NCBI GenBank assembly: GCA_043228905.1
Contig: JBHGNT010000002.1
Span: 20,646,001 to 20,710,000, forward strand
Length of the DNA: 64,000 nucleotides
Reading direction: 5' to 3'
Source of the DNA: Azolla caroliniana
Taxonomy: Eukaryota; Plantae; Polypodiophyta
Position numbers and translations under genes: made by a program. Positions 1 through 13,694 of this stretch are shown here, piece by piece (positions within the stretch are counted from its first letter, which is position 1; each line of letters starts with the position of its first letter). The notes beneath the pieces were generated by a model. The model worked only from the letters and a program-made list of their open reading frames with translations. It made no database searches and was not told the origin of the DNA.

Positions 1-209
1 ACAACGTTTGTTATGATTTAGTGATTTGAGATATGATCATTTTGCTTTGTTGTCTGCTCGTGGCACAACCTTCAACCTGAATTCGTTGACCCTCATTAGT
101 TTGTCAATTACATTAAGATATCACATCATTTATCACACTTTCCCTTTGTTAAAATTCTTCGTAGTTGAATGGGGGAAGGCTATTTGATAAACGAGAAAGA
201 AACAAAATT

Positions 210-650
210 ATTAACATATTACACAAACATTGACATATTATTATGGGTTTTCGATGCATTAACAATATTGGCGCACAAATTTATATTGAAGGCATTGTAT
301 CATTTAAGGGTTTTCAAACCATTAACAATATTGTCAAACAAATTTATATTGAAGGCGTTGTAGCATTTAAGGGTTTTTGATGCATTAACAATATTGTCAA
401 AGAAATTTATATTGAAGGCATTGTATCATTTAAGGGTTTTTGATGTATTAACAATATTGTCAAAGAAATTTATATTGAAGGCACTGAATCATTTAAGGGT
501 TTTTGATGCATTAACAATATTGTCAAATGAATTTATATTGAAGGCATTATTAACATACTACACAAACATCGACATATTATTTAGGGTTTTCAATGCATTA
601 ACAATATTACAATATTGTCAAACAAATATATATTGAAGGCATTGTATAAT
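210..650. repeat. 63-bp tandem minisatellite (about 6 units, one 87-bp variant unit)
   Basis: Anchor CATTAACAATATT (one copy with a C>T change) recurs at 257, 320, 383, 446, 509 (period 63) and 596 (87). It explains the repetitive ORFs 169..363 and 394..636. Confidence 0.9.
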
Positions 651-2173
651 TATGCTAAATCAAATGAAACATAAAACAAAAGTTCAATGTAGATGACCCA
701 TCAATATATTGGGGACATCAAACATGTGCATGTGGATTATTTATTTATTTATTTCAAAAAAAATATCCTCCATTGGTATTAAAGAAGTCAATATACAAAA
801 CAACCCACTATTACAATGAATATTGCAACATATTTAAGTAGAAAACTCTTGAAAAGTCATATAGCATCAGCAATCCAGCCACATCAAACATGTGCATGTG
901 GAATTTGATGTGGTTTTATGTAACTTGGTTATATCGCAAAAGTTGAGGTCTTCATTCTTAAGTTGAAATTAACATTGCTTTGTGATAAATATATTTCTAA
1001 TGTGTAACGTTTCATTAAGTGGATGCCAATATTCATGTCAATGTGCCCATGTGATTGGGTATCCGAAGCATCCAAGTTGTGTTGTTCCTTTATTAAAATA
1101 GAATGCCACATTTGACTTGATACAAGACAAGTACGACAAATTGATGCATATGTTTCCTGTTTAATGATACATATAGAACTCTAGAAAAAGTGTGAAATCA
1201 ATTACCCTCCCATCTATAGTGCTCCCTTAGAGTTAGAATATTCACTTGACCTCCACATAAGAGTCGTGTATCATGGGACTTCACTACAAATTATAAATTA
1301 AACTTTGTGAAATGGCATACAAATTTGCCATGGTTTTTTGTTGCCATTAATAAAAACACAAAAAAATCATTTTCAGTCAAGGGATAGGGATAAGGACAAT
1401 TACTTCACGATGACATTTCTTCAATTAGTTTAGAATAAAATAAAATATCCACATAAGCCACAACAGTTGTATTTTGCTTGTCATGCTCTACCTTCTCCAA
1501 CTTACATATTGCAATACAAGATAGAAATATGAGAAATTCATTTGATATTGTGTTTTAGATCAACTAATGTTAATTTTTTGGCTTGTCCACGGTCAAACCA
1601 AAATGAGCTTTCAATCAATCAAATGAATCTTTTTAGGATTCAGGATAGAGGGGAATTATTCTGAAACACTTATCTTGCATGAGATTAGCATAAGATATTT
1701 TCCAAACATCACTTTTAAATGGTTTTTGGTAAAAAGAGTCTGATTGCCATATAACGGGAATTTTATTGTGTCAATGAATAGAAAAGTTGAAGAATGTATC
1801 AAAATCGGGATTTTAAACTAGGTCTTTAAGACATTTGATATAAATAGGTAAGCCCACTCTATTTCTACACTTTGTGGAAGAAGAGTCATTTGTGTCTGCC
1901 ACATGTGAGCTCTCCTCAAACCTTGGTTGATTGATTATTTTAGAGATTTTTAGCAAACAATTATGCTTGCTAAAACAATTCGGGTTGTTTTTTTTCCCAA
2001 AAACACACTTATGCTACTACTGCTTGTGTCATGTTTTCTTCATATTCTTGAATATATGTTTTATGAGTTTTTGAACATTTGATTATAATTTATAATGACA
2101 TATTTTGATTCAATCTCTATAGTTCGTTCATACTCATTTTTTTGTAAAGTTCTAAAGTGAGGAGGATAGAGAT

Positions 2174-2296
2174 GTCTTGATTCTTAAGAAGCATCCCAAA
2201 GGTACACATGTGACACAATGCAAATATTGCAACCATACTTATGTCAGTGGTTCACAATGGATTAGAGTCCACTTATTGGGATTGAGAGTGAATCAA
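2174..2296 (+). mobile_element. hAT transposase remnant (BED zinc-finger fragment)
   Basis: Manual translation VLILKKHPKGTHVTQCKYCNHTYVSGSQWIRVHLLGLRV shows CxxC...RxHL spacing like the BED finger of plant hAT transposases. Confidence 0.5.
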
Positions 2297-2559
2297 TATA
2301 TAATATAGACCATAGTCAAGCCAATCCAACTTCAAGATGATTTACCATACACGTTTGATTGAATCATTCTCGAATGCGAATGCATGTATGATACGTATGG
2401 TTCATCTGTGGGCCCTTGTATGTTTCACATTTTGTTTGTTTTTTTATAAAAAAGTGGTGAAGTGATGAAACATTCTAAAGTTATCTTCCATCGTGGGATT
2501 GAGATAACTCAATCCTCACCCTTCATTCCTTATGAGTTAGCTCGCAATTATAGTTCCTG

Positions 2560-2706
2560 TCATGCTCAAAGAAATCTTTGTGACAAAAATAATGCGACAA
2601 AACTTGCCAATACTTAGAAATGTAATCATAAACATGACGAGCGATCAAACATTCTATGAAAGATAAGTACTATCTTCCATTTGAATAGTGCTAAAGAAGC
2701 AATTGC
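2560..2706 (-). mobile_element. LINE 3'-region fragment (copy C)
   Basis: 2598-2706 aligns by eye to 4480-4595 of the long LINE (AGTACTAyCTTCCATTTGAATAGTGC). Confidence 0.75.
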
Positions 2707-2745
2707 CTCTCTCTCTCTCTCTTTCTCTCTCTTTTTTTTGGGGGT

Positions 2746-2778
<33 letters not shown>
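2707..2778. repeat. Two (CT)n microsatellites separated by a 16-nt spacer
   Basis: (CT)n at 2707-2732 and 2749-2778, spacer TTTTTTTGGGGGTAAA. Confidence 0.95.
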
Positions 2779-2781
<3 letters not shown>

Positions 2782-4062
2782 CGTAAATGTATGTTTATAT
2801 TAAAACAACATGATAATACAAAAAAACCTTGCTATCAAAACTACGTCAAAGGTAGTGATGTGGCAAGGAAAACCTTCTAAGGTGTTGTAATACAAAGCGA
2901 CACAAATGTAACTCATTTGGGGACAAAGTTCCCATACAACATAATTGTGAAATTTGCCAAATCAACTTTCCTCTTATCCTACATATCTGTTGAGATACTC
3001 CAGAAAGCCCATCAAATAAGAAACCATTCCGCAAGTTCCAAATATACCACATGCCCAAATACTGCAAATAATCAAACACAAACTTATACTCTAGGGATGG
3101 TAAAACTCTGTCACCTTCAATGAAAACCCATTGAAAAGGTGACAAAACATTTCTAGTTAATGACCCCCACGGTTGTGATATACCTATCCATATACTTTTA
3201 GTAACAGGGCAAGATATAAATTTGTGTCGAGAATCTTCATCAACCGTCGTACAAAAGACACATGTACCACTACTAATGTGTCTTCGTTTTAAAGCCCTAG
3301 CCAAAGGTAACCCACCAATCATAGCCCGCCAAAGAAACACCTTTGCACGGAAAGGAAGATGAGACTTCCATCCTGCTTCTAAAACTCTAGCACACCATTC
3401 ACTTCCACGGATAATGTGCCATGTATCCAAAACCTTGCTCTGTACCCAAACTCTATCCTTAACCAACTTATGGTAAACATCATTTGTGTTCACTACAAAT
3501 AATGATTTCCTGTTATAAAAAAACCAATCTCTCCACGGTTCCACCACCACCAATTGTGGAATCGGTGATGATAAAATAGGCAATTGTACTATTTTTTGCC
3601 AAATCTGACCATATCTTAGACGTATATGAAATCTACTTCTCATAGTTCGAAAAGCCATCATCTGCCTCTGTGACTCTAAAATACCATCCTCCATAGTTAC
3701 CAAACCTAGTTTTGCCATTCTATTAAACTTTGACTTTAAACTGTCCTTTTCATCCCATTGTAATGATCTTGAAGATGCTATCACCTCTGTTGGCAAAGAC
3801 TTGCAATCTTTTCTATAATCAGGTGGTTTCCAATTGAACAACTTCAAACTTTTTTGCCAAGAGACCACTAAATGTTGAACAATAGTAGATGTTGAACATC
3901 TAAATGATCGAGTGCTATTAATAACATGCCACCATGAAGTTCTAATTTTTGTTTTACCATGTTGTATCCCCACTTTCTCCACAAAATAACAAATTATCTC
4001 AACCCATGGTTGAGAACCCAAACACATCTCTTTCAAGAGACTAAACCTTCGAGCAACTAGAT

Positions 4063-4064
<2 letters not shown>
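2779..4064 (-). mobile_element. 5'-truncated LINE (copy B), ORF2 C-terminus with zf-RVT
   Basis: ORF 2846..4108 carries WKSHLPFRAKVFLWRAMIGGLP...CVFC...EDSRHKFISC (zf-RVT). It begins at HLVARRFSL, homologous to HMMARRFS of copy A, directly after (GA)n. Confidence 0.9.

Positions 4065-4092
<28 letters not shown>
4065..4092. repeat. (TC)14 microsatellite at the LINE A/B junction
   Basis: Directly visible in the sequence. Confidence 0.95.
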
Positions 4093-4096
<4 letters not shown>

Positions 4097-4219
4097 GTGA
4101 AAACACACAATTATATTAATAAATGTGTGTAAAAAACACTACTTACAATAAGTGTGACAATGGAGTATGGTCACCCACTAACTACAGTACATGGGTAGTG
4201 GAACATGTTGAATTGCCAA

Positions 4220-7200
4220 TCAACAAGACGAACACTCCATCGAGGAAAGAATTTCCACTTGCTCTAATAAAGAAAATTGCCACATTAGTACTCCCTTCAA
4301 CTTTTGTAGATATGCTTTCACTCCATGTCTACTATCAAATACAAAAGCATTGCGCATATTCCAATTATGACGCAATCCCCAATATCTAAGAAAAAGAAAA
4401 ACGATCTCCACCTCTTATTTTGGGTCAACCTGTGTAAATTGTGCAAACACCCACTGTCTAGGTGTCAAATAACATCGTGATAAAACTTGCCAAATTTGAG
4501 AAATGTAACTCCAAATCTGACAAGCAATTGTACATTGTATAAATCGATGAGTACTACCTTCCATTTGAATAGTGCAAAAGAAACAATTACCCATTGCTTA
4601 TCCACGACGCTTTAGAACTAATCCCAAAGGCAATCCTCCAATCAAAACTCTCCAAATGAAGACCTTTGCTACAAGTGGCAATTTAGAATGCCAACTACGT
4701 TGTAAGATCTGCCACCACCCATGATCAGATTTGTGTAATCTCCATTCTTCTTCAGCCTTCGATGATAACCATCCAAGAGACTCAAGAGAGCAATGATACA
4801 AAAGATTAGTAGTCATTTGTAATAATGATGTTTGACCCTTTAAACACGAATCTAACCACAATTGTTATCTTGTTTGTAGAGGTAAGGGACCTTGCATCAA
4901 TGCAATATTTTGTAGTTGTTACCAAATAAACCTATAATTAGGTGGAATTCGTAATAATTGTCGCGCTTCAACAAACTCCAAAATTCTTTGAGATGGAGCC
5001 TTAACTATATCTCCCACCTCTTTGACCCCCAAATGAAACAAACAATTAAATTGAGAGCGCAATCTCTCCTTTCCTGGCCAACATAATAACCGAGAAGACA
5101 CAAGCAACTCTTTTTGCAAAGAATTGTACAATGCTCTCTACTAGATTATGGTTTCCATACACATAATAGGAGTGCTTCTTGCCATGAGGTAACCAAGTGT
5201 TGAACACATGTAGAGCCTAGAATCCTAAGTGAAATGCATCCATTTAGTAATTGCCACCATGAAGCCTTAATCGTTGACCAAGTGTTGAACACATGTAGAG
5301 CCTAGAATCCTAAGTGAAATGTATCCATTCAGTAATTGCCACCATGAAGCCTTAATCGTTGTCCTCCCATGTGTTAAACCCTCATTCTTAATGAAATATT
5401 GAACAATAGATATCCATGGTTGTGAGTTTGAACACATATATTGTAATTATGAAAATCTACGAGCCATCATATGCTTAGATAAGTTCAATATTCCAGCTCC
5501 CCCCAAGCGCTTAGGGGTTGCTAGATGATTCCATGCAACCCAAGTGATTCCCATCTTATCCCTCTTCGTCCACAACAAATATCGAAGAGGTTGCAAAATA
5601 GAATGCAAAGCCTTCTTTGTCCATGGCAACAATGGCAAGTAATATAGTATCATGGGTTCCATAATACATTGTACAACCTTCAAACATACATGAAATGGCC
5701 AAGATTGTAACTTCCAATACATGAACTTATCCCTCAACTTACTAGACATCCATTCAATCAATTGACCATTTGTAACATTCATTCCTAATGGATAACCCAA
5801 GTGTCAAAAAATAAAGCCTTTCTTCACCACGGTTAATTGCCATCCGAAACATTCCAAATCCCTTTCAGTACATGATATGAGACTAGACTTCCTCCAATTA
5901 ATATTTAATCCGGAAGCCAATGCAAATTGGTTCCATACAAGCATCCCCTTCTAAAGATTCTCTCGTGAGACTTGTAGAAACATGAAAGAATCATCAACCA
6001 AAGCTTGTGCTACTAGTTGCCCTCCAGACGGAAGGTGTAGACCCACAATGTCACCATTTGTTGCAAGTCTGGATAGCATCACCAACAAGGGATGAGTAAC
6101 AATAGCAAACAACAATGGACTAATAGGGCATCCTTGACGAACGGATCTTGTGAGGGCAATATTTGATGTAACTCCCCCATTAAGCATTACTTGAGACATC
6201 GCATCTTGTCCTAATAAAAATATGAGGCGAGACATACGAGGTCCAAAACCCATTGTATGCATTAACCTAGAAACAAAGGACCAATTAACATGATCATAAG
6301 CTTTCTCCAAATCTACTTGCACCATAATCAATTCTTGATGAGTGTTTCGAGCATAATCCATGGCCATTTTAACATTCAACACATTATGCAATATATTCCT
6401 ACCTGCAATAAAACCATATTGGGTGGGATGTATCAACTTTGGCAAATCCTTTTGACATAATTTATTTGCCAAGACCTTTGTAAATATCTTATACAACCAC
6501 CCCATCAAAGAAGTAGGTCTCCATTGATGAAATGACTCTAGAGATGCCACCTTTGGAACTAATTTAATTAGACCAACCTTCCAAGCTTGAGGCATACCCA
6601 AAATCCCAAGAATGTTGAAACATCAAAGTTAAGGGCCCTTTTAAAAGGTTCGAATATCACTTAAAAACTTCATTTGTCAAGCCATCCCAACCGGGGCTCT
6701 TACCACTAGGAAGATGCCTTAAAACTTTGTCCACCTCATCCTCAGTGAAATCCGCATCCAATTCATGACTAATGAGGTCATGCACAATACATCCAACCAC
6801 ATCATAAAACTCATGATGTGCTCTACTCATGTCATTTGTCATTAACATTTGTGGGCCAATCAATTCCTTAAAGTAATGAACACATATGTCAATTATTGTA
6901 GTATGATCCACTATCCATTCATCCCCTTGCTTCACATGTGCCACATTAGATCGAGTATAAGTATGATTTAATGCTTGGAAAAACAAATGAGATTGACATT
7001 GATTATCTATGAGCCCATCCCTCAATTGTCGCATCTTCGCATAACGATAACTTTGGCATTGCAATTGAGAAATAATAACATGCAATTGACATTGGATATC
7101 CAAAAGCTCCGCATCTAATGGTGCATGTATCAATAATGCATTACACCCAGAGAGAACTTGTGAGAATTATCGAAGAAAACCTCTTCTTCGTTGAGCATTA

Positions 7201-7909
7201 GTTGCTCCATACTTACGATGAATGCTCTTAATGTTTCGTAATGTGATTTCCCATGCTTTAACTCCTTTAAGATTCACTTCTTGTGAAAAATTTACCAAAA
7301 TTTGCTCCATGAGAGAATCAAAGTGAGGTTGAAGCAAAAGAGAAGAGTTAAAGCGTAATGGAGGATTTCCAAGTAAAGATTTTAACATGTCAATTGCATG
7401 ACCATAAACCCCCAAACAAATAGGAAAGTGATATGAAGTTCCTACATCTTGTAAAATTGTCATACGAAGTGACGTCGGTAAAAAAGAATCATTGTGCATC
7501 ACATACATTCTATCTAACCGACTCCATGTTTGTCTATGTTGAGTGGATTGGAAAGTAAAACCTGGATAATTCCCATGCAACCATGTCCAAACATCCAACT
7601 TCAGAACATGCATAGCCAATGAATCCCAAGCAAGTTGCTCAGGATCATCCATGATTGAATGTTCAGACGTAGATTGAGATGCATCAACACACATGTTAAA
7701 ATCGCCCATAAGTAATCTTGGACGACCCACAAATAGGGTTTGACGGAGTGAGCCCCTAATGCAATACGTTGAGTGGCTTGGTTAGGGCCATAAATCCCAA
7801 CCACCCACACAACCTCGCAAAAAAAAGTGATTTCTAGAACCAAAAACCGACCATAAGGATCATTATGCACCACCTGAGGGTAATATTTATCCCGCACGAT
7901 TAATACCAC
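4220..7909 (-). pseudogene. LINE ORF2 (endonuclease-reverse transcriptase-zf-RVT), frameshifted with stops
   Basis: ORFs 7601..7909, 7167..7730, 6657..7133, 5951..6601, 5447..5800, 4919..5131, 4598..4861 and 4220..4411 are colinear ORF2 pieces. Confidence 0.9.
5193..5361. repeat. 85-bp tandem duplication inside LINE ORF2
   Basis: CCAAGTGTTGAACACATGTAGAGCC... starts at 5193 and 5278, with 2-3 mismatches. Confidence 0.9.
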
Positions 7910-8120
7910 ACCTAAATAATGATTATTAAGATGTCATGCATAGAATGATGAATATCCACGCAAATGAACAATGGATCTTGTTAACTCATGACACTTCTGC
8001 TCAACTGCACATAATACATCCCATTCTTTATTTAACAAAGTTTTCCATAATATATACTTCTTATGAGGAGAACATGCCCCTCTCACATTCCATGTTATCA
8101 CGTTCATTCAATCAACAATG

Positions 8121-9556
8121 TTATGGGAGCACTTGCTCCTTTAGAGCAACCGATGTCATGAAACTAGTCAAAACATGTTCCAATGCTGCATATGGATTTT
8201 TATCCACCACATCCTTAGGACTGTCTACCGAAATCTTTTGTTTAGGTTCTCCCGCTTGACGAAAACCTTGAGAATTCGATGGATTTACAACCTGTCCCAA
8301 GGAATCAAATTGAAGGTGAAGGGGTAATCCCTTATCCCTAAATTTTCTTTGCCAAGGAACTTTTCGAGGACCCTCCCTAGTTCTTGAATTACCGTTCCAA
8401 GTAGTCTCATGAGTAGTGGGCAAACTATTATGTTGCATATTCATTGATTTCCCCTTCGACTTACCCTTAACTTGATGCCAATCTTTTTCAATAACAACAT
8501 CACTACTAGTTCTATCCAACAGGTTTTTCCCCTTATATATAACCACCAAACTTTGTTTTTCCATATCCATAGATTGAGCTCCCTTATTCTTAGGGCCCAA
8601 ACCTTGAAGTGAAACATCTTTATAACCTGTTCTAGATGATGTTCCTTCATCCATAACAACCACAATATCTGACACACCAACATCTCTCCCAACTCCTTCC
8701 TTACCATTCCCTTCATTAGGAACCTCTATAGTTGAAGGACAATGACGATGACATTCCGCCATAAAGTAACCCCATTCACCACATCCAAAACAATGACCTA
8801 CAAATGTCTACCGCTTCAATTTAAAACAAAGTCTTTTCATACCAGGTGTGTTCATACGCACCCATTTTGGCCTCTTACGACTTGTATCCCATATCACACA
8901 AAATCTACACTTATTTGTAGCATTTGCATGTGGACATACCAACACTTTACCCATTTGACTCATCAACTCTGGTAAAAGTGGCCATAAAAAAGCATGCTTA
9001 CAATCCACTGTTACCCAAACGGGGCATTCTTGTTTTAACAAAGCATGATAGTTCACAACGGGGGACCATTGCATTACATGCACCAATCGTTTATCAAAAA
9101 ACACAAGAACTTTAGCTAACACTGCACTTCGATGTTTCGGTGAACGAAACACTACATCATAAAACCCTCATGGGGTCCTTCATATATATTTTCAACACAA
9201 TTTGGTGACACGATTGTGTTCAACCATTGTTTAATCCAATTAATGCATGGGAGTTTCTTGGTAAAAAACATTATAACTGCATGATCATAGAATGCATCAA
9301 AAGATTGCAACACTACCTTAGCATCAACTTCCACATCAATGCATTCTTTCGCTGCATTTTCATTTTCTTCCACAATATCAGACAACAAGGTATTGGAAAT
9401 TCCCCATAAATTATCCCAATTACAATGATATTTGTCAACCTCATTTACATGTATTACTTCGGCATATGTCGCTTTTTTCTCATAAATTTCCTCAATACCC
9501 TTAAACCTCTTAGAGGTTCCAATGTCTTCCCTTTCACGATTACATTCAACCATCAC
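8121..9556 (-). pseudogene. LINE ORF1 (DUF4283-like), fragmented
   Basis: ORFs 9152..9556, 8808..9152 (HVMQWSP...CPVWV) and 8121..8762 lie upstream of the endonuclease in the same orientation. Confidence 0.7.
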
Positions 9557-10567
9557 ATTACTCTATTTTGGATCAATTGTGTCCATATTGATGTTCCCCA
9601 CAATTTGAGAGGAATTCATATTCATATCCATTATTCTTGATGTGATAGCGATCCGGGATAAAAACAATTTTCCATGAACAAGAAAGATAAAAGGAACTCA
9701 CTCGATTGAAGAGGTCGAAGATGATGAATACAATAGAAGACCCGCACTGTGTGTTGAGTATGTGGATGCCAACAACACAAGATTCCTTATTTCTATCGTT
9801 GCTTCTCGCACATACCACCAAATTTAACTTGTTATATCTCGCTACAAAGCCCTAATTGAGGGATTTCTAAAGCATGTCTTTATGCTCAATTATGTTGCCA
9901 ATAGAGAGCTCAACAATAAAAACGATTTCTCTTCTTCTTCCCCTCTTTACTCTTGTTGAGGGACTAAGTGATGTTATCAATTAGAGTTTTCAAGTGATGT
10001 TATTAAGCATGTGATCGTTTTGAGGGTAGATTACAAGAGGAACTAAGGATGAATTGGCAATATGCTAGAATGTCAAATTTGGATTATTACATTGCAAAGA
10101 TATAGAGATTTTTTACTACAAAGTCGTAAGCCCCCTTCTTAGGAAGGAGTCACGTACAAGATGATATGTTAATTTGGTCCCATAGGTAAAAAATAGCCGC
10201 CTAATGGATGATAAAAAATCTATTTTATTAAACTAATAAATTCTACCTTAAGTGTTGATGAGCTTTTAAGGAATACATGGTCAAGCTCATGATTGGGTTC
10301 ATCAATAATCTTGACCCTAACATCCAAGAAATTATTCACATTGTATAGTGCTTTGCATCCTACCTTCTGCATAACCAAATGCAAATCCTATCTTCTCCAT
10401 AACTTACACAACTCCAACTATATGGTTAATACAAGTATCATTTGAGCTCATCACATTGAATATGGTACACAACTTTCACTCATTTTACTCAAATTATTTA
10501 TTTTTTAACTCAATGCAACCAATAGCCCTAATCCCTTTACCTTTCTTTCCATACTATCAAAAGAGAC

Positions 10568-13500
10568 TGTTGAGATATCAAGCTCAACTTAGTTTAGCCA
10601 TTTAGTTAACCACGTAACTTAGTAGTTACCTAGGTAGAATCTAGTTAGTGTGTTGACCTTTTAAACCCTTAAATAGGTTCTTGTACTTGTATGTAAGTGG
10701 AGATACATTCTAGATCCTCCACTACCACGCATATTTAATATAGGACTTACATCCTTGTACCTATATTCTACTCACACATGTGCACCCTTGCACACGAGTT
10801 GTATATATATCTCATTGTGGGTATTTTTGTAACTTGATTCTAATTAATATAGAGAAAGGTCTTTAACTATACTCTTGTTAATCATCCCCCATTTATATTA
10901 TTGTTCATAAGTGTATCTTCCTCTATCTCTTCCTCTCACACACATACATACACAAATCACATAATCTTTCGTTGCTTTATCAATACTCACATAAGTAGAC
11001 CCTAATTAACCCCTAGTTAATTACCTAATTATTAACATGGTATCAGAGTGTGTAGTTTAGTACATCCATTAAGCCCACTCGACTTCGTGATTGTGTGTTC
11101 GAGACGCCGATGACAAATCCGGCTATTCGCTACCATAGTGCCGCTACGTAGCACGTGTACGTGACCAAAGGAAGAAAAGCCAAGAAGGAAGACACTACAT
11201 CAACATGAACACACAAATGGGTAGCTCGCTCCCTAGTGAAAAGTTAGACCGAAGCAATTATTCATCTTGGGAGTACAAGATGAACCAATACCTAGTCTGC
11301 CATGGGTATTGGAGCTACATCACCGGTGCACTCGAAAACAAACCCGACATCACAAGTGCCAACTACCCAACGTGGGAGCAAGGTGCAAGTCGGGTAATGT
11401 ATTGCTTGGCAACATGTGTCCACGTCCACATGCTTAGCCACATTCGAGACGCCAAGACGCCTCAAGAAGCGTGGGCGAATTTAAAGAAAATTTTCGTTGC
11501 CAACACGATCGCCGGCAAGCTCCAACTCTGGCAAGAATTGAACAACATACAACAAAAAGATATGCTCATCTCGGACTACCCCGCCAAGATCAAGAGCATT
11601 TGTGACTTGCTTGGCTCCATCAACTTAAACATCGATGAAGATGAGATGGTTCAAGTATGCTTGGGCGGCCTCACACATCGGTTCGACCCGATAAGGATGG
11701 CTATCTTAGCGAAAGAAAACCCTCCTTCGTTCTTCGACCTCCAATCAATGTTATTGGTCGAAGAGAACCATGTCCGAACCAAGACCAAGACGTCGGAAGG
11801 ACAAATGTTCTTTTCGAATTCGGATGGTGGCCGAGGACGAGGTCGAGGCGTTAGAAGAGGTCGATTTGACCCATCTCATGAAGGGAACTCAAACCTTCGA
11901 CAACAAGATGGAAGCCATCGAGGAACCTTTAGAAGAAGGGGAGCTTCCATGCTGAACAAGATCGGAAAACGAGGCCCGCAACTTGCAACTATTGTGGCAA
12001 AATAGGCCACCACAAAGACGAGTGCCGAAAGACGAGAAGTGAGTCGGCTTCGTCAAGCCGACAACTCACAAATTACGCTGCCAACTCTGAATACGATGAC
12101 TATGGTGGGCTATTCGTAATGAGACAGAGCGAAATCTATGACGGCCTCCGACTCCACAAGCACCTCTAACTGGGAAGACTTGTGGTTCATCGACTCCGGC
12201 ATCTCACACCATATGACGTCACACCTAGAGTGGTTTCATGGCCTAAGAACGCCGAATCGACGCGGCTACATAGAGACAAGAGACAACACCACACATCCCA
12301 TTCGGCACATCAGCAACGACAGCCAAAACAATTGCATCAAGAATGTCTTGCACGTTCCTACAATAACAAAGAATTTGGTATCAGTCGGCCAAATTGTGGA
12401 GCAAGGCATGCAAGTTCGTTTCAACAACGAAGGATGATTTATAGAGAAGATGACCGACTCATAGCTAGAGGACAAAGAGACGTGCGAACGTTCATTCTCG
12501 ATTCGAACGAGGTGAAATCGGCCATGTATGCCAAAGGTCTCAAAACTGAGACGAACATCGAGTTGTGGCACAAAAGAATCGGCGACATAAACCTCAAACG
12601 GCTTCGAACGATGCAATCACAGGGATTCGTCATTTGACTTCCAGCCTTTGAGTCGAAATGAGTCAACCGAGTGTGTGAAGCATGTCAACTCGGCAAACAA
12701 CATCGACTCCCATTCCCGAAGGAGAGCTACGTAAGCAAAGGCCTCCTCGACGTCATACATTCGGATGTATGGGGACTGTCTCAAACGCTGAGGATCAGCA
12801 GATGCCGATACAACATCACCTTCATCGACAACTACTTGCGCTACACGTGGATCTTCCCGACGAAGAAGCAGAGCGAACTGCTCTCCCAGTTTCAAAAGCT
12901 CAAGAGCCAAGTCGAAACAGAAACCGATCGACACATTCAATGTCTACTATCGGATGGAGGGAAGGAGTACTTCTACGACGAATTCATCTCCTACCTCCAA
13001 GGTGAAGGCATCTAGAGAGAATTCTTATGCCGGCACACACCCCAACATAATGGAGTAGCCGAAAGGAAGAATTGGGACATACTCGAGGTAGCATGCACCA
13101 TGATGCATGAGAAGCACATGCCGAACTTCTATTGGGCCGAAGCGACATCCTTGACTGTGTATCTCATGAATCGATGCACCACCAATGGAGTGTGTGAGCT
13201 AACTCCATACAAGCTCCTTGTCGGAAGGAAGCCGATCCTGTCGCACCTCAAAGTGTTTGGAAGCATTGTGAATGTACGCATCCCGAACGAACAAGAACAA
13301 AAGCTCGACGCAACGTCGGAGACATGTATCCTCGTAGGATACTCGTCCGAGCAAAAGGCATACAAGTGTTATAACCCTTTGACCCGAGTGGTTCGGGTGA
13401 GTCGAGACCTAGTCCTTGACGAATCAACATCTTGATATAAGCTCGATTCGGCTCCATCTGACCCGACCGAGGAAGAGTTGAACATCAACTCAGAGGACGA

Positions 13501-13690
13501 TATTCGGCCAAGACCTTCACCAAAGGACCGTCCAAGCTCTACCGAGCTAAATGGACCACATGAGCCTTCACGTAACCAAAGCACGTTGCGGCCAAGTCAA
13601 ATTGGACAAAAAAAATACAAAGGTAAGATGCCCAAATAGGAAGTCGACCACCTTGACGACAATGATTTAGATGTGTCGGCTCACTCACTA
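10568..13690 (+). mobile_element. Ty1-copia element, 5' half (LTR-gag-PR-IN), 3'-truncated
   Basis: LTR TGTTGAG...TTAACA at 10568-11037, PBS TGGTATCAGAG, gag ORF 11205..12005, protease WFIDSG, GAG-pre-integrase LWHKRIG/CEACQLGK, integrase HSDVWG/LSDGGKEY. Confidence 0.9.
11038..11048 (+). promoter_or_regulatory. Primer-binding site (tRNA-iMet)
   Basis: TGGTATCAGAG immediately after the LTR-ending CA. Confidence 0.85.
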
Positions 13691-13694
13691 GCGA

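Larger units (their letters stand above)
4093..9900 (-). mobile_element. Near full-length decayed L1/Tx1-like LINE (copy A)
   Basis: ORF1 pieces at 8121-9556. APE endonuclease (GIYGPN, MGDFN, SRLDR). RT (KSPGWDG, WRPTSL, DLEKAYD, VRQGCPISP, LVDD). C-terminal zf-RVT. The 5' end is approximate. Confidence 0.9.

Noticed and set aside
210-650. CRISPR-like array or repeat protein gene
   Set aside because: Contiguous tandem units with no unique spacers, no cas genes, and a eukaryotic context.
929-1170. F-box-like string (ICRTCLVSSQMWHSIL) on the minus strand
   Set aside because: Too short and flanked by stops. Not supportable.
2846-4108. 420-aa ORF as a standalone gene
   Set aside because: Its start (MCFHQRERERE) comes from reading through the neighbouring LINE end and (GA)n. 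The rest is truncated LINE ORF2.
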